The notes below the pieces were generated by a model, which worked only from the letters and a program-made list of their open reading frames with translations, searched no databases and was not told where the DNA came from. The translations under genes were made by a program, and so were the position numbers. 64,000 bases of DNA. Source: Sedimentisphaerales bacterium. Its GTDB lineage: Bacteria; Planctomycetota; Phycisphaerae; Sedimentisphaerales; SM23-30. Positions 1 to 8,714 of this stretch are shown here, piece by piece. Location of the stretch: NCBI GenBank assembly GCA_963666285.1, contig OY762711.1; one strand, given 5' to 3'. The stretch's first letter is position 1. Each line of letters starts with the position of its first letter.

Positions 1-1
1 G

Positions 2-400
2 GGTAAAACAGGTAAAGTATTAGCCGTTTCTACCTTATGGACAATTACAAAAAAACTTTTAAAACAATACCTGAAAGACAAAAAAGATAAAAGCCCGTAT
101 GTATTTATTTCAAGACTTGGAATACCACATAGCCCCAAAGGTATAACTACTGCATTTGACAAGACTATTAGAAAAAACGCCAAAGTTTCAAAGGATGTTA
201 AGTTCAACCACCTACGAGACACATTTGCTACTTTGGCACAAGATGCAGGCTTTTCTATCGAACAAATCAACCTCGTGTTAGGACACAAAAACAAAGGAAT
301 GAACGACCGATACGCTGCTCGCCAAGCAAAACAACTAACAAGTAAAATATGCAATTCAGTAGAAGATGAGTTCTTTTCTTCAAACAAAATAAAAAAATAA
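2..400 (+). CDS. Tyrosine recombinase/integrase, C-terminal part (5' truncated by window)
   Basis: Frame 2 translates ...FNHLRDTFATLAQDAGFSIEQINLVLGHKNKGMNDRYAARQ...; HxxR, LGH and catalytic Y motifs; not in ORF track. Confidence 0.9.
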   Translation, partial: GKTGKVLAVSTLWTITKKLLKQYLKDKKDKSPYVFISRLGIPHSPKGITTAFDKTIRKNAKVSKDVKFNHLRDTFATLAQDAGFSIEQINLVLGHKNKGMNDRYAARQAKQLTSKICNSVEDEFFSSNKIKK

Positions 401-590
401 CCACTATATTTTAATTATTGAATAAATAATGCTGTAAGTAAAAGTCAGTTTGAGTCTGACGCAGAATTGACGCAGGGAATGACCTATATCGATTATTCTA
501 TTACTGGTGGCAGTGATGCTCCACGTAGTGGCATAAGTTGTTTCCTGTTGTTTGATAACTACAATGTAATTTATCAATATTAAATTAAAG

Positions 591-1151
591 TTACTTTATG
601 GCACATTCAATGATATAATTGGGAAAATCGTGAATTGCTTCATCTAACATCTCACCTAACTGAAATATTCTTTTCATTTTGTCGGAACTAAGTTCACTTA
701 ATTTAATTATTGAATATCTATTTAATATATTATTAGGGCTGCTATGAGAATATTCGACCAATATTCCACAATCAATATCAGTATTTGGCAAAGTAAATAA
801 TCTAACTTTACCGAAAGGTTTACTATTAAGTTTAACCTGATTTATACTCTCTTGTTTTGCCTTTGATGGTGCAGGTATTGTAACTTTTGTTCCTCCAGAT
901 TCAATACTATTACCAACTTCATAATTTGAATTAGCTGGGATGAACTTCGACTCAGAACCGCCAATAATCTCACAAAAGAATAGCCGATTTTCATAAAAAC
1001 CTAAATCGTTCAATTGCTTACCTACTTCATCTTCTTCCATTCCTTTTATCAAAACCAGTTGTTTTTTTTCATTGATTTCTAATCTACTATCATTGTCAGA
1101 CATGCAACCAGATATATTAATTAAAGCAAATAATAATATAAAGAATCTCAT
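591..1151 (-). CDS. Lipoprotein, candidate immunity protein for upstream RHS toxin
   Basis: Signal peptide with ISG-C lipobox; directly downstream of RHS-core gene. Confidence 0.55.
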   Translation of the reverse strand: MRFFILLFALINISGCMSDNDSRLEINEKKQLVLIKGMEEDEVGKQLNDLGFYENRLFFCEIIGGSESKFIPANSNYEVGNSIESGGTKVTIPAPSKAKQESINQVKLNSKPFGKVRLFTLPNTDIDCGILVEYSHSSPNNILNRYSIIKLSELSSDKMKRIFQLGEMLDEAIHDFPNYIIECAIK

Positions 1152-1179
1152 ATCGTCCTTTCATTATCATATTATGAAA

Positions 1180-2121
1180 TTAGTATTGTAAATAAGGTTT
1201 AGCATCACCCCAATCCTCATCTCCTACCCAATTTGGCGAACATTTTAAACCAAGATATTTACCATTATTATCATACATAAATTGACACCCCTCACCTTTA
1301 TTATTAATATAAAAATTGGGAGTATATGGGTGTTCACTATCTGAAAATACACCAGGACCAAACCCATGCCACGGGTCAAGCCTAAGAGAACATTCTCCCT
1401 CCGGCTCATTTATGCTTCCGACTGAAACGGTTACCCAGTTATGGATTACTGCAATTGGTTCATCAATTTGAGTTGTTCTTGAAGTCCCAGAACGGAGAGA
1501 TTTAAAGCAATTGAAATCTTTCTGTAGTGGAGCTAATGCATTATAAGTATGTGTTCTCCAGTGGTAACACATCCAACCACAATGGCTGTCACCATAAGTT
1601 TGTCCTGCCGTTGATGGTCCTGTTCCTTCAGGAACTTGTGAACGATAATACGAGTTCTCGTTTTCAGCCATTTGGTTCCACATAGCAACATAAGCCCGAG
1701 CTATCTGCATTGCCTCACTTTCACATTTTGGCTTTGTGCATCCTTCTCCGGCATTACATACACAGCTATCCTTACAAGCTGACTTTAATTTATTGTATAC
1801 ATTGCTTACTTGTGGGCTTATTTGTGGACCAATAAATTGTGGTTCATTTTGGGTAAAAGGATTATTCCACCAGCTATCAGGAATGATAGGATCTGGATTT
1901 GGAAAGACTGTAGGATTAGCATTCCCTGCAAATGATGTAAGTCCCATAGGGTCTGAATGTGAAATCGGATTTCCTTTAACATATTCATACATATTCATAC
2001 CATCAGCATATCCAATAGGGTCCTGCTGCTGAAATCTACCTGTTTTAGGGTTGTAAACACCAAATAGATAACTGTTTAAGATAACCGATATTAGAAAAAC
2101 TATAAGAATTGTATTTTTCAT
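1180..2121 (-). CDS. Short RHS repeat-associated core protein with signal peptide and Cys-rich C-terminal toxin-like tip
   Basis: YNPKTGRFQQQDPIGYADGMNMYEYVKGNPISHSDPMGL matches the RHS core end motif PxxxxDPxG. Confidence 0.85.
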   Translation of the reverse strand: MKNTILIVFLISVILNSYLFGVYNPKTGRFQQQDPIGYADGMNMYEYVKGNPISHSDPMGLTSFAGNANPTVFPNPDPIIPDSWWNNPFTQNEPQFIGPQISPQVSNVYNKLKSACKDSCVCNAGEGCTKPKCESEAMQIARAYVAMWNQMAENENSYYRSQVPEGTGPSTAGQTYGDSHCGWMCYHWRTHTYNALAPLQKDFNCFKSLRSGTSRTTQIDEPIAVIHNWVTVSVGSINEPEGECSLRLDPWHGFGPGVFSDSEHPYTPNFYINNKGEGCQFMYDNNGKYLGLKCSPNWVGDEDWGDAKPYLQY

Positions 2122-2150
2122 AACATACCTCTCAAAATCATAATGTATAA

Positions 2151-3131
2151 CTATTTTCGTAATTCTGGCTTGTATTTAAATATTTCTTCACGTGCAATAA
2201 CAAATATACATTTTTGTCTATTTAGAGTTGGCATTAGATTGTTGGCATAAGCAAACATTATTTGTGCTTCGTTTTTATTACCAGTATCCGCCAAAAGGTG
2301 TCCACGAGTCTCCAGGAACAAGGCTAATTCATCCTTGGGGGTTAGAGATTTCAAGTAATGATTATCTTTTATTTCTGCCTCAGATACTCTTGCTGGAAAT
2401 GATTTATAATAGCTATCAGGGTGACTATCACACCCACCTCGGCAACAAGCTTCAAAGTTGATAACTTCTTTTCCATCGTCCCAACGAAAGAATACGTGTT
2501 CTCTGGTAGTAACAAGTTTCAAAGGATAGCCAAGTCTTCGACCAACAGCCACGCAGGTTATTGGGATAGATACACAGCCACCTTCTTTTTTACCTGTTAG
2601 GCAACCGTGAATAAAGTGGTCCTTTGAGTCAAGAAAGTCTCGACTTTTCATTATGTCCAGATTGTAATTAACACCGATAGTATTCTTTAAGAATAATATC
2701 ATATTAACAATTTTATATAAAATGACTGAATTATCATACTTAGCCGAATATTGTGAGAAGTATGGAAGCCTTTTTTCCATATCAATTCTGGCTTGTTCTG
2801 CCCAATCATCAAGGATACTCATACATTGATCTATGTTAAGATTCTCTGAACCTTGCAGACCTTGAGCACAAATCAGATTAACTTTGGCTATGTCAATATT
2901 AGCCAATTGGTCTTCTGAGAGTAAAATAAGGTCAGAAACAGAAGATGGGTTCTTTATTGATGAATTATCTTCATTGGGCTGATTATCTGAAGCAATGGAA
3001 ATAGCATATAAAGCTGTTGCAAATCCAGCAGTTACGATAAAAGCTATCAATAATCTTGAAAATGTTTCCTTCTGACCAGCATTTTCAGTTGGATTTTCTT
3101 TTTGTTTATTTTTATTCCCAGTAGGTTTCAT
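2151..3131 (-). CDS. Transglutaminase-like (SirB1-type) membrane-anchored protein
   Basis: GGCVSIP...VGRRLGYPLKLVTTREHVFFRW motif (Cys/His), N-terminal TM helix. Confidence 0.7.
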   Translation of the reverse strand: MKPTGNKNKQKENPTENAGQKETFSRLLIAFIVTAGFATALYAISIASDNQPNEDNSSIKNPSSVSDLILLSEDQLANIDIAKVNLICAQGLQGSENLNIDQCMSILDDWAEQARIDMEKRLPYFSQYSAKYDNSVILYKIVNMILFLKNTIGVNYNLDIMKSRDFLDSKDHFIHGCLTGKKEGGCVSIPITCVAVGRRLGYPLKLVTTREHVFFRWDDGKEVINFEACCRGGCDSHPDSYYKSFPARVSEAEIKDNHYLKSLTPKDELALFLETRGHLLADTGNKNEAQIMFAYANNLMPTLNRQKCIFVIAREEIFKYKPELRK

Positions 3132-3906
3132 CTAAATACTATAAAAATCTCAATTACCTATGCTTATTATTGTATTTCAAAAAAACGCTATAAAAACAGG
3201 AAAATAAAAGAATTAGGAAAGGTTCTTTCCCTAATATTGCAATCCCTATTTTCATAAAGCAATACTAGTTTATCCCTATATAGATGTCAATATATTTCAC
3301 CACTTTTTTCAGGTAAAATCAGGATAATTTGCCTATTTTAGACAAAGCTTAACCTGTTCTGCTATTTTTATTATTTTCCAGTCTCCCAGTGGCCCAGTCG
3401 AACAAGTCGAAATTGAGCCTCTCTATTGTGGTTGGATACCTTATGCCTGATAAACAGGGTATGGGGTATAGGGGGAGCCAGAATAACTTTTTTCTAAGTC
3501 ACAATTATTTTATTTTTTTCAGTTTCAAAACTATCTTACTCAAGAAAAATCCATCGATACCTACCCAAATCAGAATAAATATTTTTCTGAAAATGATAAT
3601 AATAATATTTATTATTTTTCAAAACATAGATTTAAAGGTTTTTAAAGGTTTTAGAGCCAATATGCCCTTATATGGGCAATAACGGGCTTTTATGTCCTGA
3701 AAAATTATATCTGCCATATGTCTTGGGCAGTTATGCCCAAAATTGCCATAGTGAAATGGCATCTATGGCATATATTGCCACAGGGAAAACAGGTGCCCAA
3801 TCCAACCTATAGAGGATAAGGTCAGATTATGCCCATTATTGGGCTATAAATGAGGCTATTTATAATTGAATAGGTGCCCTGATGGACTGTAGTTGGAATA
3901 GGCACC

Positions 3907-4500
3907 TTAGGCAGATAGTTGCTTGGTCTGTTTCAGGGCAGTATAGACGGTCTGCCTGGAGCAATTCAAGTGACGGGCTATGCCACTGACTGACATACCT
4001 TGGCTCTTGAGGGATATAATCTCATCATAATTGTATTGTGGCACAGAGCCACCAAGTAGGACACCTTTTTGCCTTGCCCTTTGAAGACCACGGACGATGT
4101 TCTCCCTGATATTCTGCCGTTCCATTTCGGCAATACCTAATAAGAGGCTCATTATCATCCTGCCCACTGCCCCTGACAGGTCAAAGTTTTGGGCAATAGC
4201 AATGACCCTGATGTCCTGTTCGAGCCAATCGACCAACAGGTTGATACCGTCCTTGAGACTACGGGACAAACGGTCCAATTTCCATACGACTACAGTATCG
4301 ACCCTGCCCCTGAATATATCATTTTGAAGTTTTTTCAATGATGGACGGTCGAGATTACTACCTGTCTGCCTGTCTTCATAGACCTTGTAATTGGTTATGC
4401 CGTGGTTACGGCAATACTCAAGAATAGAAGCCTCCTGACTGTCCAAACCTGAACCTTGTTTTAGTGTGCTGACCCTGACATATATGGCTGTATATTTCAT
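3907..4500 (-). CDS. Serine recombinase (resolvase/invertase) with C-terminal HTH
   Basis: YVRVST, VVVWKLDRLSRS, C-terminal IARHLNCSRQTVY. Confidence 0.95.
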   Translation of the reverse strand: MKYTAIYVRVSTLKQGSGLDSQEASILEYCRNHGITNYKVYEDRQTGSNLDRPSLKKLQNDIFRGRVDTVVVWKLDRLSRSLKDGINLLVDWLEQDIRVIAIAQNFDLSGAVGRMIMSLLLGIAEMERQNIRENIVRGLQRARQKGVLLGGSVPQYNYDEIISLKSQGMSVSGIARHLNCSRQTVYTALKQTKQLSA

Positions 4501-4772
4501 TCAGTTGGCTCCTTCCTGCCTGATGACTCTATGCAATATTCTATGTGGCTCTGAATTATACTTGGCATCTGATACCAATTTATAACTTGTTCATTATTGA
4601 ATGAGCCTTGTTCAAAGTCGGCATCATCAATGCCGAAATACTGTCCCCAATGACTGAAACCATTTGGACAGTCAGGATTGCTACTCAATAATAAACAGGT
4701 TCCATCATAGAAATAAATGGTATATCTATCTTGAACATTATTTTTTGATTTGGTTATTGCTCTGATAATCAT
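4497..4772 (-). CDS. Hypothetical protein
   Basis: ORF overlapping the resolvase start by 4 nt, operon-like. Confidence 0.6.
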   Translation of the reverse strand: MIIRAITKSKNNVQDRYTIYFYDGTCLLLSSNPDCPNGFSHWGQYFGIDDADFEQGSFNNEQVINWYQMPSIIQSHIEYCIESSGRKEPTE

Positions 4773-4784
4773 TGATAATTCTTT

Positions 4785-5543
4785 CTAAAATGGTATTTCA
4801 TCATTATATATGTTGTTATTGTGTTCTTCTATCCTGATTGCCTTTTTGACAAGGCTTGTGGTCAGGTTATTTGTTTGTTCTGATTTGAGTATTGTCAGAC
4901 AGGTTTTAACTGTTTGAATGACACTCCTGATGCCTGTTTTATCTGAAATTATATGGCTTACTATGTTTTGCTTATATTCTATTCCGCAGAAATTTAAATA
5001 TTGCCTGACAACCTTGTCATAATAGTCTTGTGAGTGAGGCTTCAGGTAGATTGTATTATTAGTTGCTTTGGCAATTGGCTCTGATACGTGATTGATATGG
5101 TATGCTGTTAAAATTATTATACCATTGCAATGAATGATAGTTGGCTCTCTGCCCCTGAAGAAATGTGGGCAGGCTCCAAGGGACAGATACTTCCAAAGGT
5201 TTGCCTCACCAATCTTTTTGTTACGGTCCAAATCTTCGATGATGTGTGCCGTATATGGCATACTATAGTCAAAGAAATTAAACGATTGAGTCCCACATTC
5301 AAGGTGGTGATACTTACATATCCTGATGTCAGTTGAGTTGATGCTATTGGCAAAGCATTGAGCTACAAAATCTTTACCGGCGCCGATTAGTAGTAGGGAA
5401 GGCAACCTATCGGTAGAGCCATTGTTAATGGCATTGGCTATACTTTTAAGTTGCTCTATCCCTATACAATCAGTTTGTGGCAGAGTCCAAAGATTGCTAT
5501 GTGCCATATACAGGCTATGGTCTTTGTTTATTTGTTCTGCCAT
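4785..5543 (-). CDS. Degenerate AAA+/RuvB-like protein with acidic DEIPF C-terminal tail
   Basis: LPSLLLIGAGK resembles a shortened Walker A region; ends IYNDEIPF. Confidence 0.45.
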   Translation of the reverse strand: MAEQINKDHSLYMAHSNLWTLPQTDCIGIEQLKSIANAINNGSTDRLPSLLLIGAGKDFVAQCFANSINSTDIRICKYHHLECGTQSFNFFDYSMPYTAHIIEDLDRNKKIGEANLWKYLSLGACPHFFRGREPTIIHCNGIIILTAYHINHVSEPIAKATNNTIYLKPHSQDYYDKVVRQYLNFCGIEYKQNIVSHIISDKTGIRSVIQTVKTCLTILKSEQTNNLTTSLVKKAIRIEEHNNNIYNDEIPF

Positions 5544-5552
5544 ATAGACTTG

Positions 5553-5693
5553 TTAAACCTCAAAGGCTGCCGTGATTTTGGCATCAGGATGCCTCATCTT
5601 AATTATTTGCCGTGCCTTGTGTATGCTATCAGCACATACAACTTCCTGAAACGGCTTGCCATCTACAATATAATGCACTTCAAAACTTTTCAT
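5553..5693 (-). CDS. Small hypothetical protein (46 aa, MKSFEVHYIVDGKPFQEVVCADSIHKARQIIKMRHPDAKITAAFEV)
   Basis: Manually translated; GGAG RBS upstream; fills the gap between co-oriented island genes; below ORF-track cutoff. Confidence 0.6.
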   Translation of the reverse strand: MKSFEVHYIVDGKPFQEVVCADSIHKARQIIKMRHPDAKITAAFEV

Positions 5694-5713
5694 TTTAATT
5701 ACATCTCCAAAAA

Positions 5714-5911
5714 TTATGCTGTTAATTTTATAACTGAATTACCTTGGATCCTTGGCAACTTATACTCTTGATAATAGTTATATAAGGCTATGGCATATAA
5801 TGACTCTTGCTCTTGACTATTTAAATTCTTGGCAAGGTTGCCATTGAATATGGCATTATTATCTTTATTTATTTGTCTTTCATACCATTGAATTGTCTTT
5901 GTTTTCGCCAT
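5714..5911 (-). CDS. Hypothetical protein
   Basis: ORF with GAGG RBS in the island operon. Confidence 0.55.
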   Translation of the reverse strand: MAKTKTIQWYERQINKDNNAIFNGNLAKNLNSQEQESLYAIALYNYYQEYKLPRIQGNSVIKLTA

Positions 5912-6030
5912 TTTTGAGCCTCATTTTATTGTGTTTTTATCTTCGCCTGAAAAAATGTTCTACTCTGGTTAATAGCAATAAAAAAGACAGTTGACTAAAT
6001 GAAGAACTAACTGCCTCGGAGATGTATATG

Positions 6031-6552
6031 CTACTGATTAAAGACATTCAATATCTTTACCTTGGCACGATAATGCCGTTTTTTAACAGCATCTATTGAT
6101 ATGTTCAACTCTGTTGCTATTTCTTTGTAATTCATCCCTGACCGATGAGAAACAAACGCCATGTGTTCCTTGGATGTCAGATTTGCCTTCATAATAATTT
6201 CAACTACTTCAGCCATACAGATATCGAAGCAAAAATGTTTATCAGATTTTTCAGTCATTTCTTTTAAATAAACAGATTGTTTAATTTGACCATCTAACCA
6301 TTCACTTAGAATATCTTTCAACTTGTTGTTGAGCACTTTGTATGAGTAGGATTGTGGGTATTCGACCTTCTTACCTTGCTTGAAATTACGTTCAACTACA
6401 GACAGAAACCTGACCTTCAGTTCAGACTTTATATCATTTTTATCTGTATCTGTTAAATAATATTTTTGGATACTGTCATAAAACTGATTTGATATGAAAC
6501 TCTTGTAATAACCATAATACTTTAAATATTCCCACTTCAATTTATCACTCAA
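6031..6552 (-). CDS. ECF-type sigma factor-like protein (sigma-70 region 4)
   Basis: GMNYKEIATELNISIDAVKKRHYRAK region-4 HTH. Confidence 0.75.
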   Translation of the reverse strand: MSDKLKWEYLKYYGYYKSFISNQFYDSIQKYYLTDTDKNDIKSELKVRFLSVVERNFKQGKKVEYPQSYSYKVLNNKLKDILSEWLDGQIKQSVYLKEMTEKSDKHFCFDICMAEVVEIIMKANLTSKEHMAFVSHRSGMNYKEIATELNISIDAVKKRHYRAKVKILNVFNQ

Positions 6553-7548
6553 TTTACATCAACTCCACACCTGAAATCTGTTGCTATTCAGGTTCCATAC
6601 TAACCATTGTTACAGTGTAAGTATAACAAAATGTTTTTCACTTTTCAACGAAAATCGCCTATTTTAACATTTTCGGGAAAGATAATACCTGTGACCTGTG
6701 GATCCTGTCAAGCCTTGTTAGGCTAATTGAAATGAATTATCATTGTATATAAACATTGAAAGAAAAAATAAAAGATAAGGTATGCTATCGCCGCTGTCGA
6801 AGACAGTGGGGGTCAATTTTCGATTTGCTTTAGCAAATTGAAAGTTGCAGTTAAGTCAGTAGCCTTGTTATCTACCTATTTTCATTTTTTCACAGAAGAA
6901 GAATATTAGGTATGTCAGTTATTCCTGTTATACCTGTAAAGTCTAAATGGCAGGCATTTAGACCACACCACACTTCGTGTCGTGTGTTATTTTTATTGTT
7001 TTTTTAATCTTTTCAGGTTTTCAGTCCCTAAGGTTCCTTAGTAACTATCAATAGTTATTATATATAGACCCCAAAAGGGTCAAAATCGGGACATATAATT
7101 TTAATTATTTCTGAAAAATATTTGATTGTTGATAGTGATGGGCAAGTGTGGCAGAATGCCACACAGCCCTTGGTCTCTTATAGGGACAGGTTTAAATTCT
7201 CTTCATATTGAGCCAGGACTGTCTGTATCCCCAGAGGGCGCATAGCACCTGTAAAAGAAATAGGATTATCCGGGAGCAATCTCGTGGCTCCGGTGGTAAG
7301 TTGAAAGATAGAGCCAACACTTGCAATGTAAAATTGCTTTACATCACCTACAATAATAAGGCTCAACATAGTAAAAAGCCTCATAAACTTTCCTTGTATA
7401 AAGAAGATAGATAGGCTATCATTATTGAAATAATAAATGCAATGTCTATGAGGATAATTGATTAAAAACATTAGCACATTCACATAGCACATTGCCAAAT
7501 ATTGAAAATATAACTTTTTATTTAATAAATAGTTATAAAATGTCGGAT

Positions 7549-7576
7549 TGGGTTCGATTCCCATTCGCCTCCGCCA
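7549..7576 (+). tRNA. selC: 3' fragment of tRNA-Sec (att site duplication; not an intact tRNA)
   Basis: TGGG-TTCGATT-CCCATTCGCCTCC-GCCA: 13 nt between T-loop and G73, i.e. 8/5 acceptor/T arm of bacterial tRNA-Sec; no tRNA 5' half upstream. Confidence 0.8.
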
Positions 7577-7605
7577 TTTTTTAATTTGGAAACCGTAAAT
7601 AAAAA

Positions 7606-7869
7606 ATGAACAAGAAATTAAGACAAATAATAACTTCAATCCTGCTTGTTATTGGTCTGGCATTGCTGGTATATGGACAATTTGTAAAATCCTATACCGT
7701 TCTTAGTAAAGAAGGCGATGCGACTTCTGCCGATCCTGAAACAATGATAGTCAAGGATGTCACCATCCATGGTGTTGACCGTAACGCGGAAGGCGAGTTA
7801 TTTAGAACTTACTCGACTAAGGAAGGAGCAGCTCCGCCCCCGGATGACTGCCCTACCTGAGGCAGCTAA
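7606..7869 (+). CDS. Membrane-anchored small protein, predicted selenoprotein with C-terminal CPT-U-GS (CxxU)
   Basis: N-terminal TM helix; TGA 7858-7860 follows CPT and is followed by GGC AGC TAA; SECIS-like fold at 7864-7893. Confidence 0.65.
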
Positions 7870-7893
7870 CAGGAGGCTGTGGTGTCCATGGCT
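7864..7893 (+). promoter_or_regulatory. Candidate SECIS element for TGA 7858
   Basis: AGCTA-aca-GGA-g-GC-[TGTG]-GT-g-TCC-a-TGGCT fold; loop begins 17 nt after UGA with G in second position. Confidence 0.45.
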
Positions 7894-8709
7894 AAAGAAA
7901 GCAAGCTACACAACTTTGCTCTAAAACTTATCCCTCACCGACTTTGGGTCCAAACAGCATTTCTGCTGGTCTGGCTCGACCCGCTGGCATTGCGTATGCA
8001 CACAGCCTGTGCACCTGTGTTCCATTGTTATGCATGTCCGCTGGCAACTTTTGCCTGCCCGGTTGGCGTTATTGCACAATTTACCGCATTACACCTTTTC
8101 CCTTTCCTTGCTATAGGTCTGATACTTAGCCTGGGCGCCTTGCTCGGCTCGATTATCTGCGGATGGATGTGCCCGTTTGGTTTACTGCAGGATCTGGCGG
8201 CAAAAATTCCAATACCACGTTTCAAAATCCCGCAATGGATGGGCTATGGTCGATATATCGTATTGCTGGGTACAGTCATTCTTATCCCTTATATATGGGG
8301 AAGCGAACATAGTCTTTTTATATGTAGAGTATGCCCAATCGGAGCAATAGAAGGTGCAGGTCCTGATATTGTAACAGCTGCTGCAAATGGTTCAGAAATT
8401 GTATGGCCAAACGCCTTAAAGATGACAATTACAATCGTAGTAGTAGTCGCCATGTTTGTTTCGATAAGGCCCTGGTGCCGCGTATTATGCCCGTTGGGAG
8501 CAATATTTGGATTTATGAATCGATTCTCACTGTTCTCAATGAACCTGAAAGAGTCAAACTGCACTCAATGCGGCCACTGTCATACACTATGCACCTACGG
8601 TGTTGAGCCGGAAAAAGACTCCAACAGCGACAATTGCATACGATGTCTGGAATGTACCAAATGCAAGCCGGGAGCTCTTCAATCAGGTCACATTTTTGAG
8701 AAAGAATAG
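7879..8709 (+). CDS. Membrane 4Fe-4S binding protein (NapH/MauN/RdxA-like polyferredoxin)
   Basis: CYACPLATFACP, CGWMCPFG, CRVLCPLG, CTQCGHCHTLC, CIRCLEC motifs with TM helices. Confidence 0.9.
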   Translation: MVSMAKESKLHNFALKLIPHRLWVQTAFLLVWLDPLALRMHTACAPVFHCYACPLATFACPVGVIAQFTALHLFPFLAIGLILSLGALLGSIICGWMCPFGLLQDLAAKIPIPRFKIPQWMGYGRYIVLLGTVILIPYIWGSEHSLFICRVCPIGAIEGAGPDIVTAAANGSEIVWPNALKMTITIVVVVAMFVSIRPWCRVLCPLGAIFGFMNRFSLFSMNLKESNCTQCGHCHTLCTYGVEPEKDSNSDNCIRCLECTKCKPGALQSGHIFEKE

Positions 8710-8714
8710 ATCTC

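Larger units (their letters stand above)
1..7576. mobile_element. Integrative genomic island (right part), inserted at tRNA-Sec; left end lies upstream of the window
   Basis: Tyrosine integrase at the left edge, resolvase, toxin-like cargo, AT-rich by eye, terminating in a tRNA 3' fragment at 7549-7576. Confidence 0.75.

Noticed and set aside
3389..3682. 97-aa plus-strand ORF
   Set aside because: Low-complexity AT-rich translation without RBS or motifs
7549..7576. tRNA-Ser or tmRNA 3' end
   Set aside because: Those have 12 nt between T-loop and discriminator; here there are 13
7178..7639. 153-aa minus-strand ORF
   Set aside because: Shadow of the tRNA fragment (WRRRMGIEP is antisense tRNA) and overlaps a real gene
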